From Thermoanaerobaculia bacterium (lineage in GTDB: Bacteria; Acidobacteriota; Thermoanaerobaculia; Multivoradales; Multivoraceae), in assembly GCA_963664405.1 (NCBI GenBank), contig OY761158.1, forward strand, positions 3,904,001 through 3,968,000: 64,000 nucleotides of DNA. Reading direction: 5' to 3'. A program made the position numbers and the translations under genes. The notes beneath the pieces are model-generated. The model ran no database searches. It saw only the letters and a list, made by a program, of their open reading frames with translations, and was not told where the DNA came from. Shown here one piece after another: positions 21,876 to 33,338 of the stretch (positions are counted from its first letter, which is position 1; the number at the start of each line of letters is the position of its first letter).

Positions 21876-23399
21876 ATGAGCCAACCTATTGCGATCTTCT
21901 GGCCCGGTGACTACCGGGCCCTGCCGAACGAGCTCGCCCTCCCCAGCGTCGAAGAGGCGACGGTGCAGCTCGAGAACGCTCTGCGCCGTCTCGGACGGAG
22001 CAGCTACCGAGTGGAAGGGTTCCTGACCAAGCCCCACCAGGCGATCGAGAAGCTCGGGCCGATCGACGATCCCATGATCGGGGTGTGCGTGCACTGGTTC
22101 TACGGCCCGCACACGACCGACGGCGTCGTTGGCGGGGACAACCCGCTGCTCTTGGCGAGCAACTTCTCCGGGACCTGGCCAGGCCTGGTTGGGCTGCTCA
22201 ACACCGGCGCCTGCCTCGAGAGCCTTGGCCGCCCTTACTCCCGAGCCTGGACCGAGGCCCAGGACTGGGGCTCCGACGAGGCCTTCATGGCTCGTCTCGA
22301 CGAGTGGTCGACGACGGGGGCCATCGCCTATGCGGAAGACGAGCTGCACCCGGCTCCCGAGATACCCGCTTCCGCCCAGGCGGTAGCCGGGGAGGTGGCG
22401 GAAGGGATTCGCCGGCGCAGGGTGCTGGCTCTGATGCTCGGCGATACCTCGATGGGAATGATCAACGGCTACTTCGGGCCACGGCGGCTGCTTCCCATCG
22501 GGTTCACCGAGCATAAGGTCGATCAGGCCTGGATTCTGGATCGCGGTCGCGCGATCGCCGACAGCCGTATCGACGAGGCGATGCGCTTCGTCGAGGAGAA
22601 GGGCGTCGAGTTTCACTGGGGCGAAGTGGAGGCCGAAGACTTCGACCGGGCCGCGACTCGCGAGCAGCTGCGAGACTACCTTGCGGTGCTCGACCTGATC
22701 GACGAGTTCGAGGCGGACTGCCTCGGTTGGCAGTATCAGCTCGGCCTCCTGCCGCTACGACCACCTTCGGACTTCGCCGAGGGGCTGTTCAATTCGGTGT
22801 GTCGGCCGGAGTCGAACGGCGACACCATCGCCTGCGCCACCGAGGCCGACCAGGGCAATCTGGTGCCCATGGAAATGATGAAGCGGCTGCTCCTGGCAAA
22901 GGGGCTGCATCAGGCGGTGATGTTCCACGACGTGCGCTGGGGGGGAGAGCACGAGGGGCGCTTCGTCTGGGTGCTGCTCAACAGCGGCTCTTGCGGTGCC
23001 TACGCCTTCAACCACGACCCCGACACTCTCCAAGGCGTTCACTCCTATCGCCAGCCGGCCGGCTACTTCCCGGTGGCGGGGGGGACGTTCACGGGGGAGA
23101 GCCTGGCGGGGGCGATGACCTGGGCCAGGGCCTATCTCCGGGACGGTCAGATGTGGATGGATGTGGGGCGCGGCGAAGTCGTTGAGCTGCCCCCGGACAA
23201 GCGCGACGCGTGGTGGGAGGGGACGACACGCCAGTGGCCCTTCATGGCCGCCTGGCTGGGGGTACGCCAGGACACGGTCATGGCCCACTACCAGAGCAAC
23301 CACATCGCGGTGGCGTACGGCGACATCTTCGCCGAGATGGTGGCGCTCAGTCAGAGTCTCGGCTTCCAGGTGCGGGTCCTCGGCGAATCGGCGGTCTGA
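21876..23399 (+). CDS. L-fucose/D-arabinose isomerase-like protein
   Basis: WPGLVGLLN, ACATEADQG, NSGS, YQSNHIAVAY motifs; operonic with sugar kinase. Confidence 0.75.
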   Translation: MSQPIAIFWPGDYRALPNELALPSVEEATVQLENALRRLGRSSYRVEGFLTKPHQAIEKLGPIDDPMIGVCVHWFYGPHTTDGVVGGDNPLLLASNFSGTWPGLVGLLNTGACLESLGRPYSRAWTEAQDWGSDEAFMARLDEWSTTGAIAYAEDELHPAPEIPASAQAVAGEVAEGIRRRRVLALMLGDTSMGMINGYFGPRRLLPIGFTEHKVDQAWILDRGRAIADSRIDEAMRFVEEKGVEFHWGEVEAEDFDRAATREQLRDYLAVLDLIDEFEADCLGWQYQLGLLPLRPPSDFAEGLFNSVCRPESNGDTIACATEADQGNLVPMEMMKRLLLAKGLHQAVMFHDVRWGGEHEGRFVWVLLNSGSCGAYAFNHDPDTLQGVHSYRQPAGYFPVAGGTFTGESLAGAMTWARAYLRDGQMWMDVGRGEVVELPPDKRDAWWEGTTRQWPFMAAWLGVRQDTVMAHYQSNHIAVAYGDIFAEMVALSQSLGFQVRVLGESAV

Positions 23400-25094
23400 A
23401 TGGTCGACGAAGCCGGCAGCTCCAGCTGCGCAGTCGGCGAGCGCTGCTACCTCGGTGTCGACGTCGGCACCGGCAGTGCCAGGGCCGGGGTCTTCGACGC
23501 CGGCGGTAAGCTCCTTGGCGCCGGCGATAGCGAGATCGAGACCTGGCGTCAGAGCCCCGATTTCGTCGAGCAGTCCTCGGCCGATATCTGGCGCGCATGC
23601 TGCGCCGCGGTGCGTCTGGCACGGTCCGAGGCTGAGGTCGAGCCGGAGCGGGTGCGCGGTCTGGGCTTCGATGCCACCTGTTCGCTGGCGGCGCTCGACG
23701 AGGCCGGTGGCCCGGTCACCGTCAGTCCGTCGGGGAGCGACGAGCGCAACGTCATCGTCTGGATGGACCACCGAGCGGTGGAAGAAGCTGCGCGCATCGA
23801 TCGCACCGGACACGAAGTGCTTCGCTACGTCGGCGGCACGATCTCGCCGGAGATGGAGACCCCGAAGCTGCTGTGGCTCAAGGAGAATTTGCCGGAGACC
23901 TGGCGGCGGGCGGCGCGCTTCTACGATCTGCCGGATCTGCTCGTCCATCTCGCCACCGGCGCCGACGTGCGCTCTCTCTGCTCCACAGTCTGCAAGTGGA
24001 CCTACCTCGGCCACGAACCGTCCTCGGACGGCGAAGGCTCCGGCCGCTGGGACGACTCGTTCTTCGAAGGTGTCGGGCTTGGCGATCTCGCCGCGGAGGG
24101 CTATCGCCGGATCGGTCGGCGCATCCGGCCGATGGGCGAGCCCGTCGGCAACGGGCTCCACGCCCGAGCCGCCGCCGACCTGGACCTCGTTCCCGGTACT
24201 CCGGTGGGAGTGTCGATCATCGACGCCCACGCCGGCGGGCTGGGGGTGTTGGGGGCGGCGGCGGAGGGTGGCGGCCCGTCGGTCGACGCTCTAGAGACTC
24301 GCTTGGCCCTCATCGGCGGCACCTCCTCGTGCCACATGGCGGTGTCTCGGGATCCGCGCTTCATCGCCGGAGTCTGGGGCCCGTATTTCTCGGCCATGGT
24401 TCCGGGGCTGTGGCTCAACGAAGGCGGACAGTCCGCCACCGGAGCCCTGGTCGACCATGTCATCTTCGGCCATGCCCGTTCCGAGGAGCTGGCTCAGGCG
24501 GCTCGAAGTGAGGGCCGGACAGTCTACGATCTCCTCAACGACCGCCTGGAGACGCTGGCTTCCGAGCTGCCGTATCCCGCGCAGCTCACGCGTGAGCTCC
24601 ACGTCCTGCCCTACTTCCACGGCAACCGCTCACCGCGAGCCGACCCCAGCCTTCGAGGGGTCATCTCCGGCCTGAGGCTGTCGGACACCGTCGACGATCT
24701 GGCGCTTCTCTACCTTGCCACGCTCCAGGCCATCGCCTACGGCACGCGGCACATCGTCGAGACCCTGAACGAGGCCGGCTATCGCATCGCCGACATCCAC
24801 GCCTGCGGCGGCGGCACCAAGAACCCTCTCTTTCTTCGCGAGCACGCCGACGCGACCGGCTGCCTCCTGGTGCTGCCGCGAGAGCCGGAAGCGGTGCTCC
24901 TGGGCAGCGCGATTCTCGCTTCGGTCGCGGCCGGCGATCATGCAAGCGTGCTCGAGGCGATGTCGGAGATGAGCCACGTGGGGGCTACCGTCGCGCCCGC
25001 TGTCGACGAAGTCGAGCGCTACCATGCCACCAAGTACGAGGTTTTCCAGCGCATGTACGACGACTTCATAGCCTGGCGGCGGATCATGGCGTGA
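23400..25094 (+). CDS. FGGY-family pentulose kinase (D-ribulokinase-like)
   Basis: [41 protein letters not shown] motifs. Confidence 0.9.
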   Translation: MVDEAGSSSCAVGERCYLGVDVGTGSARAGVFDAGGKLLGAGDSEIETWRQSPDFVEQSSADIWRACCAAVRLARSEAEVEPERVRGLGFDATCSLAALDEAGGPVTVSPSGSDERNVIVWMDHRAVEEAARIDRTGHEVLRYVGGTISPEMETPKLLWLKENLPETWRRAARFYDLPDLLVHLATGADVRSLCSTVCKWTYLGHEPSSDGEGSGRWDDSFFEGVGLGDLAAEGYRRIGRRIRPMGEPVGNGLHARAAADLDLVPGTPVGVSIIDAHAGGLGVLGAAAEGGGPSVDALETRLALIGGTSSCHMAVSRDPRFIAGVWGPYFSAMVPGLWLNEGGQSATGALVDHVIFGHARSEELAQAARSEGRTVYDLLNDRLETLASELPYPAQLTRELHVLPYFHGNRSPRADPSLRGVISGLRLSDTVDDLALLYLATLQAIAYGTRHIVETLNEAGYRIADIHACGGGTKNPLFLREHADATGCLLVLPREPEAVLLGSAILASVAAGDHASVLEAMSEMSHVGATVAPAVDEVERYHATKYEVFQRMYDDFIAWRRIMA

Positions 25095-26668
25095 GTGCAC
25101 AGGGCGTTGCGAAGAGCAGCTCCGGCCCGCGTGGCGAGGTCGAGGCGAGCACCACGCTCGTACCGCGCCTGCGCATGCGTGCCATCTCCAAGCGCTTCGG
25201 GTCGGTCCGAGTGCTCTCCGAAGTCGACTTCGAGGCTTTCGGCGGCGAGGTGCACGTCCTCGCGGGCGAGAACGGGGCGGGCAAAACCACACTCATCAAG
25301 ATCCTCGCCGGGGCCCACGCCGACTACGAAGGGCGGATCGAGCTCGACGGCGTCGAGGTCCGTCCGCGCACGCCGCGAGAAGCCGCCGCTCTGGGTATCG
25401 CCGTGATTCATCAGGAGCTCTCCCTGGTTCCTTCCCTCGGCGCCGCCGACAACCTCTTTCTCGGTCGCTGGCCGACCCGTCTGGGCCTCGTTCAAGAAGG
25501 TGCCATGCGCGCCTCGGCGGTCGCGGCGCTCGAGCGCTTCGGTATCGACATCGACCCCGAGCGCCCGGTTGGCGAGCTCGGCACCGCTACGCGACAGCTC
25601 ATCGAGATCGCCAAGGCGCTCCTGCGTGAGGCCCGTGTTCTCGTTTTGGACGAGCCGACGAGCGCGCTGCAGGCTCCCGAGGTCGAGGACCTCCTGGGCC
25701 GCCTCGGCGACATTCGAGCCCGAGGCTGTGCGATCGTCTACATCAGCCATCGAATGGAGGAGATCGAGCGCGTGGCGGATCGCCTCACGGTGCTACGCGA
25801 CGGACACCGGGTGGCCTCGGCACCCGCCGCCGACGTCACACCGGCGCAGCTGGTGGGGTGGATGGCGGGCCGAGAAGCCGCGGAGCCCTTCACCCGCCAT
25901 GCCCCTCCCGGTGGCTCCGAGCGCCTCCGGGTGGAGAATCTCTCGGTCCGAGTGCGGGGCGCCGTCGCTGTCGAGGGTGTCTCCCTGTCGGTGAGGTCGG
26001 GCGAGATCCTGGGACTCGCCGGTCTTCACGGCGCGGGCACGAGTGAGCTCCTCACCGGCCTTTTCGGAGGTGGCGGCGCGGTCCAAGGTGAGTTGTGGGT
26101 CGACGGTGAGCGGGTCCGGTTCCGTGGCCCCGCCGAGGCGATCTCTAGGGGTCTTGCCCTCGTCACGCCCGACCGCCAGGCCACGGGTCTGGTGCTCCCA
26201 CTCTCGGTGGCCGCGAACCTGACTCTTCCGGATCTACGGCGTCTCTCGCCGTGGGGCCTGCGACACCCCGGTCGCGAGCTCAGCGTGGCGTCAGAGCTGA
26301 TGGACACTCTCGGCGTCCGCGCGAATTCACCTTCGGACCCGGTAGCTCAGTTGTCAGGGGGCAACCAGCAGAAGGTAGCCATCGGCAAGTGGCTGACGGT
26401 CGAGCCGCGGGTGTTGCTTCTCGACGAGCCGACCCGTGGCATCGACGTCGGGGCGAAGCGGGAGCTCTACGATCTAATCGAGCGCTGGACCTACGAGGGT
26501 ATCGCCATCGTGCTGGTGACGTCGGATCTGCGGGAGCTGCTTGCCCTGAGCGACCGCATCCTAGTCCTGCACCGCGGTCGACCGGCGGCAGAGCTGTCGG
26601 GGCTACAGGCGACGCCGGAGGCTGTGCTCGAAGCGGCGATGGGGGAGCGGCGGGCGGTGGCGAGATGA
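25091..26668 (+). CDS. Monosaccharide ABC transporter ATP-binding protein (RbsA-like)
   Basis: Two ABC domains; [29 protein letters not shown]. Confidence 0.92.
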   Translation: MSAQGVAKSSSGPRGEVEASTTLVPRLRMRAISKRFGSVRVLSEVDFEAFGGEVHVLAGENGAGKTTLIKILAGAHADYEGRIELDGVEVRPRTPREAAALGIAVIHQELSLVPSLGAADNLFLGRWPTRLGLVQEGAMRASAVAALERFGIDIDPERPVGELGTATRQLIEIAKALLREARVLVLDEPTSALQAPEVEDLLGRLGDIRARGCAIVYISHRMEEIERVADRLTVLRDGHRVASAPAADVTPAQLVGWMAGREAAEPFTRHAPPGGSERLRVENLSVRVRGAVAVEGVSLSVRSGEILGLAGLHGAGTSELLTGLFGGGGAVQGELWVDGERVRFRGPAEAISRGLALVTPDRQATGLVLPLSVAANLTLPDLRRLSPWGLRHPGRELSVASELMDTLGVRANSPSDPVAQLSGGNQQKVAIGKWLTVEPRVLLLDEPTRGIDVGAKRELYDLIERWTYEGIAIVLVTSDLRELLALSDRILVLHRGRPAAELSGLQATPEAVLEAAMGERRAVAR

Positions 26669-27651
26669 CGGCCGGTAGTTGGCTCAGAGGCTCCACCGCC
26701 CGGGCGGTCCTGGCCCTCGCTCTGGTGCTCGCACTCGGCGCGGTCTTCCACGCCGACGGGGCGTTCTTGAAGATCTCGACGCATCGCGATGCCCTGCGCC
26801 AGGCGTCGGTCTACGGCATCCTGGCGTGCGGCATGACCTTGGTCATCATCACCGGCGGCATCGATCTCGCTGTGGGCAGCGTTTTGGCCCTCAGCGCGGT
26901 CTGCTTCTCACTGTGGACCATCCACTGGGGCTGGTCAGCCTGGCTCGCGGTGCCTGCGTGTATCTTGGTCGGGGCGGCTGTGGGCGCGGCCTCCGGCGGG
27001 CTGGCGTCGGTGTTCCGGATCCAGCCCTTCATTGCCACCCTGTCGCTGATGGTCTTCGTGCGCGGGATCGCCAAGACCATCTCCGGCGGGACCAAGGTCT
27101 CGACCGCAGTACCTGCCGCCGATGGCGGCTATCGCTACGTCGAGGTCCCTGAGATCTTCCGCGCGATCGACTCTCGCGTCTTGGGCGGCCAGGTATCGAC
27201 CGTGACCCTGCTCTTCGCCGTCTGTGCCGTAGTCTCATGGGTGCTCCTCGCCCGCCATCGCTGGGGTCGCCAGCTCTATGCCATCGGTGGCAACGAAGAG
27301 GCGGCACGATTGTCGGGTGTACCGGTACGGGCGGCGAAGATCGGTGCCTACGTCGCGTGCGGTGCTCTGGCGGCGGTCGCCGGCATCTGCCAGGCTGCCC
27401 AGGAGCAGCAGGGCGATCCCGAGGCGGGCGCCGGCTACGAGCTCACTGCGATTGCCATCGTCGTCATCGGAGGCATCCATCTCGGAGGTGGGCGGGGCGG
27501 CATCGGTCGCACTCTCCTCGGCACGCTGACGATTGGATACCTGGGGAAGATCCTGAGCATTAACGCTGTGCCGGAGGCCGCCCGCCTCATGCTCACCGGC
27601 ACGATCATCGTCGCTGCGGTCCTGACCCAGCGGCGGGAGGCCCGATCATGA
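26665..27651 (+). CDS. Monosaccharide ABC transporter permease (RbsC-like)
   Basis: ATG overlaps upstream stop; GGIDLAVGS, YAIGGNEEAARLSG motifs. Confidence 0.9.
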   Translation: MTAGSWLRGSTARAVLALALVLALGAVFHADGAFLKISTHRDALRQASVYGILACGMTLVIITGGIDLAVGSVLALSAVCFSLWTIHWGWSAWLAVPACILVGAAVGAASGGLASVFRIQPFIATLSLMVFVRGIAKTISGGTKVSTAVPAADGGYRYVEVPEIFRAIDSRVLGGQVSTVTLLFAVCAVVSWVLLARHRWGRQLYAIGGNEEAARLSGVPVRAAKIGAYVACGALAAVAGICQAAQEQQGDPEAGAGYELTAIAIVVIGGIHLGGGRGGIGRTLLGTLTIGYLGKILSINAVPEAARLMLTGTIIVAAVLTQRREARS

Positions 27652-28649
27652 ACTCTCGAGAGCCGACCTCCTCCTCCGTTCTTCACCTCTTCGGGCGCGT
27701 CGCCGCGGCTGTCGTCGCCGTGGCGGCTCTCGCGAGTTGTGGCCCGAGCACCGAGCCCGGCGAAGTCGAGCCGGCCGAGCCACGCTGGCGCATCGGTATG
27801 AGCCAGTGCAACCTCGGCGAGCCTTGGCGGGTGCAGATGGATGCCGACGTTCGTAGCGCCGCGGCTGACCATCCCGAGATCGAAGTTCTGTTCAAGGACG
27901 CCCAGAACGATGTTCTGAAGCAGCGAGCTCACGTCGAGGAGTTCGTCAGCGCCGGTGTCGACGCCATCCTCATCAGTCCGAAAGAGGCCGCCCCCCTGAC
28001 CGAGCCGGTGGCGAAGGCGATGGAGGCCGGCATCCCGGTGGTGGTCATCGACCGCAAGGTCCTCGGTGACCGCTATACCACCTTTGTCGGCGCCGACAAC
28101 CACGAGATCGGCCTGGCGGCGGGGCGGTGGCTGGTCGAGGCCCTGGGCGGCAAGGGGCGTGTTGTCGAGCTCAAGGGGCTGATGACCTCGACTCCGGCGC
28201 AGGATCGACACTCGGGGTTTCGCGAGGGTATCGCCGGCAGCGACATCGAGGTGGTATTCGAGGCCGACATGAAGTGGCTCGAGCCCGAGGCGCGCCGCGA
28301 GATGGAGTCTGCTCTCGCGCGTTTCGAAGAGATCGACGCGGTGTACGCCCACAACGATCCGGGTGCTCACGGGGCTTACCTGGCGGCGCGTGCCGCCGAG
28401 CGCGAGAGCGAGATGCTCTTTGTCGGCATCGACGCGCTGCCGCACGAAGGGGTCATGTACGTAAAGCAGGGCATGCTCGACGCGACTTTCGAGTACCCCA
28501 CCGGAGGCCGCGAAGCTCTCGAGCTGGTGCTCGCGACGTTGGGTGGGGAAGCTCCGCCCCGCGAGGTCACCCTCGGCTCACGTCTCTTCACCGAGCAAAA
28601 CGTCGAGCAGGGCGGCGCGCCCATCGCGAGCCAAGGAGAGATCCAATGA
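27648..28649 (+). CDS. Sugar ABC substrate-binding lipoprotein (RbsB-like)
   Basis: Lipobox LASC; GIPVVVIDR, VYAHND motifs. Confidence 0.9.
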   Translation: MNSREPTSSSVLHLFGRVAAAVVAVAALASCGPSTEPGEVEPAEPRWRIGMSQCNLGEPWRVQMDADVRSAAADHPEIEVLFKDAQNDVLKQRAHVEEFVSAGVDAILISPKEAAPLTEPVAKAMEAGIPVVVIDRKVLGDRYTTFVGADNHEIGLAAGRWLVEALGGKGRVVELKGLMTSTPAQDRHSGFREGIAGSDIEVVFEADMKWLEPEARREMESALARFEEIDAVYAHNDPGAHGAYLAARAAERESEMLFVGIDALPHEGVMYVKQGMLDATFEYPTGGREALELVLATLGGEAPPREVTLGSRLFTEQNVEQGGAPIASQGEIQ

Positions 28650-30118
28650 CCCGCTCTATGAAGCCGGCACAGATTGCCATCGCGTTTTCTCTCGCTGCAG
28701 TGCTCGGCCACGCCGCGACGCTCGCCCAATCGACGGAGAGACCCAACATCGTCCTCATCTTCGCCGACGACATGGGCTGGGGCGATGTGGGGGTCAACGG
28801 CTCGCCCGACATTCGTACTCCGAATATCGACCGCCTGGCGAGCGAGGGGGTCCGCTTCACCAGCTTTTACGCGGCGGTGTTCTGCGGTCCGTCTCGAGCG
28901 GCGCTGCTCACCGGCTCCTACCCGGCCCGGCTCAGCTTGGCGTTCAACCACGGCCCGAAGAGCCGGACCGGGATTCACCCTGACGAGATCACCGTCGCCG
29001 AGATCCTCAGCGACCAGGGTTACGCCACGATGATGGTCGGCAAATGGCACCTCGGCCATGAACGACCGTTCCTCCCTCACCGTAACGGCTTCGATCACTG
29101 GTTCGGGCTGCCCTACTCCAATGACATGTGGCGCTATCACCCCAAGATGCCGCCGCGTCCCGACGAAGACGAGCGCATGAACGCCGCCAGGGAGCGCGCT
29201 GCATACACCGGTTACGCGGGCCAGGAGAGCTACTACGACGTCGAAGCGGGTGAAGGCTTCCCGGAGCCGCTGCCGCTGATGGAAGATGATGCGGTGGTGG
29301 AGGAACAACCCGATCAGACCCGGCTCACGACGCGCTTCACCGAGCGGGCTCTACGCTTCATCGAAGAGAGCCGCGACGAGAGCTTCTTCCTCTACCTTCC
29401 GCACACCATGCCCCACGTGCCTCTCTTCGTCGAGGAGGAGCGCACCGGCAGTTCGGTCCGCGGACTCTACGGCGACGCGGTCGAAGAGATCGATTGGAGT
29501 GTCGGAAGGATCGTCGACAAGCTCGAGGAGCTCGGCCTCACTCGCAAGACCCTGATCTGTTTCACCTCCGACAACGGACCGTGGCTGCAGTACGGCGTTG
29601 ACGGGGGCTCGGCAGAACCTTTCAGCTGGGGCAAGGGGACCACTTTTGAAGGGGGCATGAGGGTTCCTGGGATCTTTCGCTGGCCGGGGACCATCCCCGC
29701 CGGTCGGGTCAGCTCGGAGCCGGTCTCGAACATGGACATCCTGCCCACCTTCGCCCGTCTGGCGGGTGCCGAGACACCCGACGGCCGAACTCTCGACGGC
29801 CACGACATCTGGCCGCTGCTCGCCGGTGAGCCGGGGGCGCGATCGCCCTACGAGCTCTTTTACTATTTCAACGGCAGGCGCGGTCAGGCGCTCCCCAACA
29901 TCGAGGCGGTTCGACAGGGCCGATGGAAGCTCCACCTTCGTCGCTCGGAGCGACCGGAGGAGCTCGAGCCCGTCGCCCTCTACGATCTCCACGAAGATCC
30001 GGGCGAGCGCTTCGATCGCAAGGATTTGCACCGAGAGCTGGTTGAGCGCCTCCTCGACACCACAGCGGAGTTCACAAAAGAGCTTCACGACAACCGCCGG
30101 CCCCTGGGCCGAATCTAG
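28646..30118 (+). CDS. Secreted Cys-type sulfatase (S1)
   Basis: AAGGAG RBS, signal peptide, PNIVLIFADD, CGPSRAALLTG, GKWHLG motifs. Confidence 0.92.
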   Translation: MTRSMKPAQIAIAFSLAAVLGHAATLAQSTERPNIVLIFADDMGWGDVGVNGSPDIRTPNIDRLASEGVRFTSFYAAVFCGPSRAALLTGSYPARLSLAFNHGPKSRTGIHPDEITVAEILSDQGYATMMVGKWHLGHERPFLPHRNGFDHWFGLPYSNDMWRYHPKMPPRPDEDERMNAARERAAYTGYAGQESYYDVEAGEGFPEPLPLMEDDAVVEEQPDQTRLTTRFTERALRFIEESRDESFFLYLPHTMPHVPLFVEEERTGSSVRGLYGDAVEEIDWSVGRIVDKLEELGLTRKTLICFTSDNGPWLQYGVDGGSAEPFSWGKGTTFEGGMRVPGIFRWPGTIPAGRVSSEPVSNMDILPTFARLAGAETPDGRTLDGHDIWPLLAGEPGARSPYELFYYFNGRRGQALPNIEAVRQGRWKLHLRRSERPEELEPVALYDLHEDPGERFDRKDLHRELVERLLDTTAEFTKELHDNRRPLGRI

Positions 30119-30153
30119 AAACCTCGGATGGCTCCCGTGCTAGCGTCGCTCTG

Positions 30154-32940
30154 TTGAAGAAGCCTGAACAGGGTCTTGCCAGCGGCCGGCGCACCTTTCT
30201 CAAGCAGGTGGCGTCGGTGGCGGCGGTGGGTGCCGCGCCCCTGAGAGCGGGGGCAGCCGAGCCCCAACAGACGGCGAAGACCTCCGCTGCGGGGACCTCC
30301 GGCGAGGCGAGCAGCGCGGAGGCTGCCTCGGGGGGCTCCTCGGTCACGTTCCCAAGGGTCTTCCAAGGGTCGCAGCTGCAGACGCTGGCGTTCCCTCTTG
30401 GCGGCATCGGAACCGGTTCGATCTCCCTTGGCGGCTACGGCGAGCTCCGAGACTGGGAGATCTTCAACCGCTCCGAGAAGGGCCGGCAACCGGCCTACGG
30501 ATTCGCGGCGATCTGGGCGCAGGCGGGCGAGGAGCCCGCCGTTGCACGGGTCGTGGAGGCGAGGCGACCCCCGCCCTTTGTTGGCGAGAGAGGGTTCGGC
30601 TGGCGCAGCGCCCCCGGGCTCCCTCGGCTCGAGCGGGCGGTATTCACCGGCGAGTTTCCCTTTGCCACCGTCGATTTCACGGATGAGCGCCTACCGGTCG
30701 AGGTCACCCTCGAGGCGTGGAGCCCCTTTGTGCCGCTCGACGTCGACGCCACCGGCTTCCCGGTCAGCGTTCTGCGCTACAGGGTCCGTAATCCAGGGCC
30801 CCGGCCGGCGCAGATCGCGCTGAGCTTCAGCCTCGACAACCCGGTCGGAGCGCAAGGGAGAGTCAACCAGCTGTGGCGGGAAGGCCCGGTGGAGGGGCTC
30901 TTCTTTTCCAATCCCGCCCTCGACCGCGCCGACCCCTTTTGGGGATCCTTCGCGGTGGCGCTGGCTCCCTCGGTCGGCGGTGAGCTCACCTACTTGACCT
31001 CGTGGCGCGACCTGCAGTGGAACCTCCCGGTGCGGAGTTTTTGGGAGGACTTCGCCGCGGATGGCCGCCTCGACCCGTCACTGCATCGCGAGGCTCCACA
31101 ACCCGGGACGTTTGGTCCCAGCTCCTCAGTGATGTCGCCTGTCGAGGTCGGATCGCTCTCGGTGTCACGATCGCTGGATCCCGGCGAGGAGGCCACGACG
31201 ACCTTCGTCTTAGCCTGGCACTTTCCCAATCGAACTCCCTCCCGCTGCGGCTGGAGGCCTCCACCGGGGGCCGGCGACGTTGTCATCGGCAACCGCTACT
31301 GCGAGCGTTTCTCCGACGCCTGGGAGGCGGCCCTTGCCGCGCTCGCCGATCTCCCCGAGTTGGAGCGGCGCAGCCGGGCCTTTACCGGTGTCATGCGCTC
31401 TAGCAGCCTGCCGGAGCCGGTGATCGAAGCGGCGATGTCGAACCTCTCGACGCTGCGCACCAACACCTGCTTCCAGACCGCCGACGGCGGCTTTCATGCC
31501 TTCGAGGGCGCCAGGGACGATGGCGGCTGCTGCTCGGGATCCTGCACTCATGTCTGGAACTACGAAGGCGCGCTCGCCGCCCTCTACCCGCAGCTCTCCC
31601 GCTCGGTGCGAGAGAGCCAGTTCGGCTACGCCACCGCCGAGAACGGCCTGCAGGACTTCCGCTATCTCCTGCCCTACGGACAAGAGCGCTATGGGCAGGC
31701 GGCGGCCGACGGCCAGATGGGAAACCTGGTCAAGCTCTATCTCGATTGGCGCCTGAGCGGCGACCTCGCTTGGCTGCGCCGGTTGTGGCCCAAGGCGAAG
31801 CTGGCGTTGGAGTTCGCCTGGATCGAGGGCGGTTGGGACGCCGATCGCGATGGGGTGATGGAGGGTTGCCAGCACAACACCTACGACATCGAGTTCTTGG
31901 GGCCCAATCCGCTCTGCGGCGTCTGGTATCTGGCGGCGCTGCGGGCAGGCGAGGAGATGGCAACGGCGGTGGGCGACACGGCCGCCGCGGGCGAGTATCG
32001 GCGTCTCTACGAGCGAGGAAGCGCGTGGATCGACGATCATCTGTGGAACGGCGAGTACTACATTCAGCTCATTCAGGGCCAGCCGCTCGAGGGCATCGCC
32101 CCTGGTCTGTACCTGGCGGGTCGCAAGACCGGCGACCCGACTCGCCCCGTGAACCAGGTGGGCGAAGGCTGTTTGGTGGATCAGCTCCTGGGCCAGACAG
32201 TGGCGGATGCTGCCGGTCTCGGCGACTTGCTTGATTCAGAGCACCTACGCGGTGCCCTCACCTCGATCCTCGACAACAACTTCAAGCGTGACCTCAGCGA
32301 GCATGCCGGCGTTCTGCGCACCTACGCCCTCGGCGATGAGGCGGGCGTGGTGCTCTGCGATTTTTCCCGCCGTCCGCCGCCCGACACGCCTTTCTACTTC
32401 TCCTCCGAGGTGTGGACCGGCTGCGAGTATCAGCTCGCGGCGAGCCTCTACCATCGCCGTCGTCTGAGCGAGGCCGACGAGATCGTGGAGGCGGTGCGCC
32501 TGCGTCACGACGGGCTACGGCGCAACCCTTGGGACGAGGCAGAGTGCGGCCACCACTACGCCAGAGCGCTGGCGTCGTGGTATTGCGTCCTGGCTCTGTG
32601 CGGCTTCAGTTACGGGGCCCACGACGAGCGTCTGGAGCTCGACCCGAAGCTTCCAGGTCCCATCCGGCGCGGCTTCTGGAGCGTACCCTCGGGATGGGGG
32701 AGCTTCACCCACAGCGTTGAGCGAGAGGTCGGCGAGATAACAATCGAGGCGCTCGAGGGTCGGCTCGCCCTGCGTCATCTCGAGCTCGGAGGTGTCGAGG
32801 GCTCGACGGAGGTCTCGGTCCGTCTCGGCTCTGTCGGGATCGGCGCTTCCGCGACCCGCGCCGATGACCGGATCCAGGTGGAGCTCGCCCAGCGCATCGA
32901 GGTCGATGCGGGCCACACCCTGCGCCTGAGTATCTCTTAG
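30154..32940 (+). CDS. Tat-exported GH116 glycoside hydrolase
   Basis: RRTFLK Tat motif; PLGGIGTG, CTHVWNY, QHNTYDIEF, ECGHHYARAL motifs. Confidence 0.88.
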   Translation: MKKPEQGLASGRRTFLKQVASVAAVGAAPLRAGAAEPQQTAKTSAAGTSGEASSAEAASGGSSVTFPRVFQGSQLQTLAFPLGGIGTGSISLGGYGELRDWEIFNRSEKGRQPAYGFAAIWAQAGEEPAVARVVEARRPPPFVGERGFGWRSAPGLPRLERAVFTGEFPFATVDFTDERLPVEVTLEAWSPFVPLDVDATGFPVSVLRYRVRNPGPRPAQIALSFSLDNPVGAQGRVNQLWREGPVEGLFFSNPALDRADPFWGSFAVALAPSVGGELTYLTSWRDLQWNLPVRSFWEDFAADGRLDPSLHREAPQPGTFGPSSSVMSPVEVGSLSVSRSLDPGEEATTTFVLAWHFPNRTPSRCGWRPPPGAGDVVIGNRYCERFSDAWEAALAALADLPELERRSRAFTGVMRSSSLPEPVIEAAMSNLSTLRTNTCFQTADGGFHAFEGARDDGGCCSGSCTHVWNYEGALAALYPQLSRSVRESQFGYATAENGLQDFRYLLPYGQERYGQAAADGQMGNLVKLYLDWRLSGDLAWLRRLWPKAKLALEFAWIEGGWDADRDGVMEGCQHNTYDIEFLGPNPLCGVWYLAALRAGEEMATAVGDTAAAGEYRRLYERGSAWIDDHLWNGEYYIQLIQGQPLEGIAPGLYLAGRKTGDPTRPVNQVGEGCLVDQLLGQTVADAAGLGDLLDSEHLRGALTSILDNNFKRDLSEHAGVLRTYALGDEAGVVLCDFSRRPPPDTPFYFSSEVWTGCEYQLAASLYHRRRLSEADEIVEAVRLRHDGLRRNPWDEAECGHHYARALASWYCVLALCGFSYGAHDERLELDPKLPGPIRRGFWSVPSGWGSFTHSVEREVGEITIEALEGRLALRHLELGGVEGSTEVSVRLGSVGIGASATRADDRIQVELAQRIEVDAGHTLRLSIS

Positions 32941-32977
32941 CTGCAGCCTCCTTCCCCCTGACAACGTAGGTGCTGAC

Positions 32978-33309
32978 ATGGCGAGAACTCTTCTCGACGG
33001 CGCGCGTGCGCTCCGTCTCACTGCCTTCGACGGTCTCCTTCAAGATCTGCGCTTTGCCCTGCGAAGCCTTCGCCGGAATCCTGGTTTTTCGGCTTGGTCC
33101 TGACCGGGGTGGGACTCGGTATCGGCGTCGTGCTCGCGCTGCTCATCGGGCGAAGTGTTGCGGTTGTGCTTTATGAGGTCAGCCCGAGCGATCCGGCGAC
33201 CTTCTTGCTCGCGTCGATCGTCCTGGCGGCGGTCGCCCTCGTCGCCGCGTATCTACCGGCGCGCCGCGCGACGCGCGTTGCACCGACTACGGCGTTGCGT
33301 TACGAGTGA
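32978..33309 (+). pseudogene. ADOP/MacB-like ABC permease remnant with large internal deletion
   Basis: N-terminal QDLRFALRSLRRNPGF directly joined (out of frame) to C-terminal YLPARRATRVAPTTALRYE. Confidence 0.75.
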
Positions 33310-33338
33310 GGCGTTGACCAACTACGGCTGAGAGTCCT

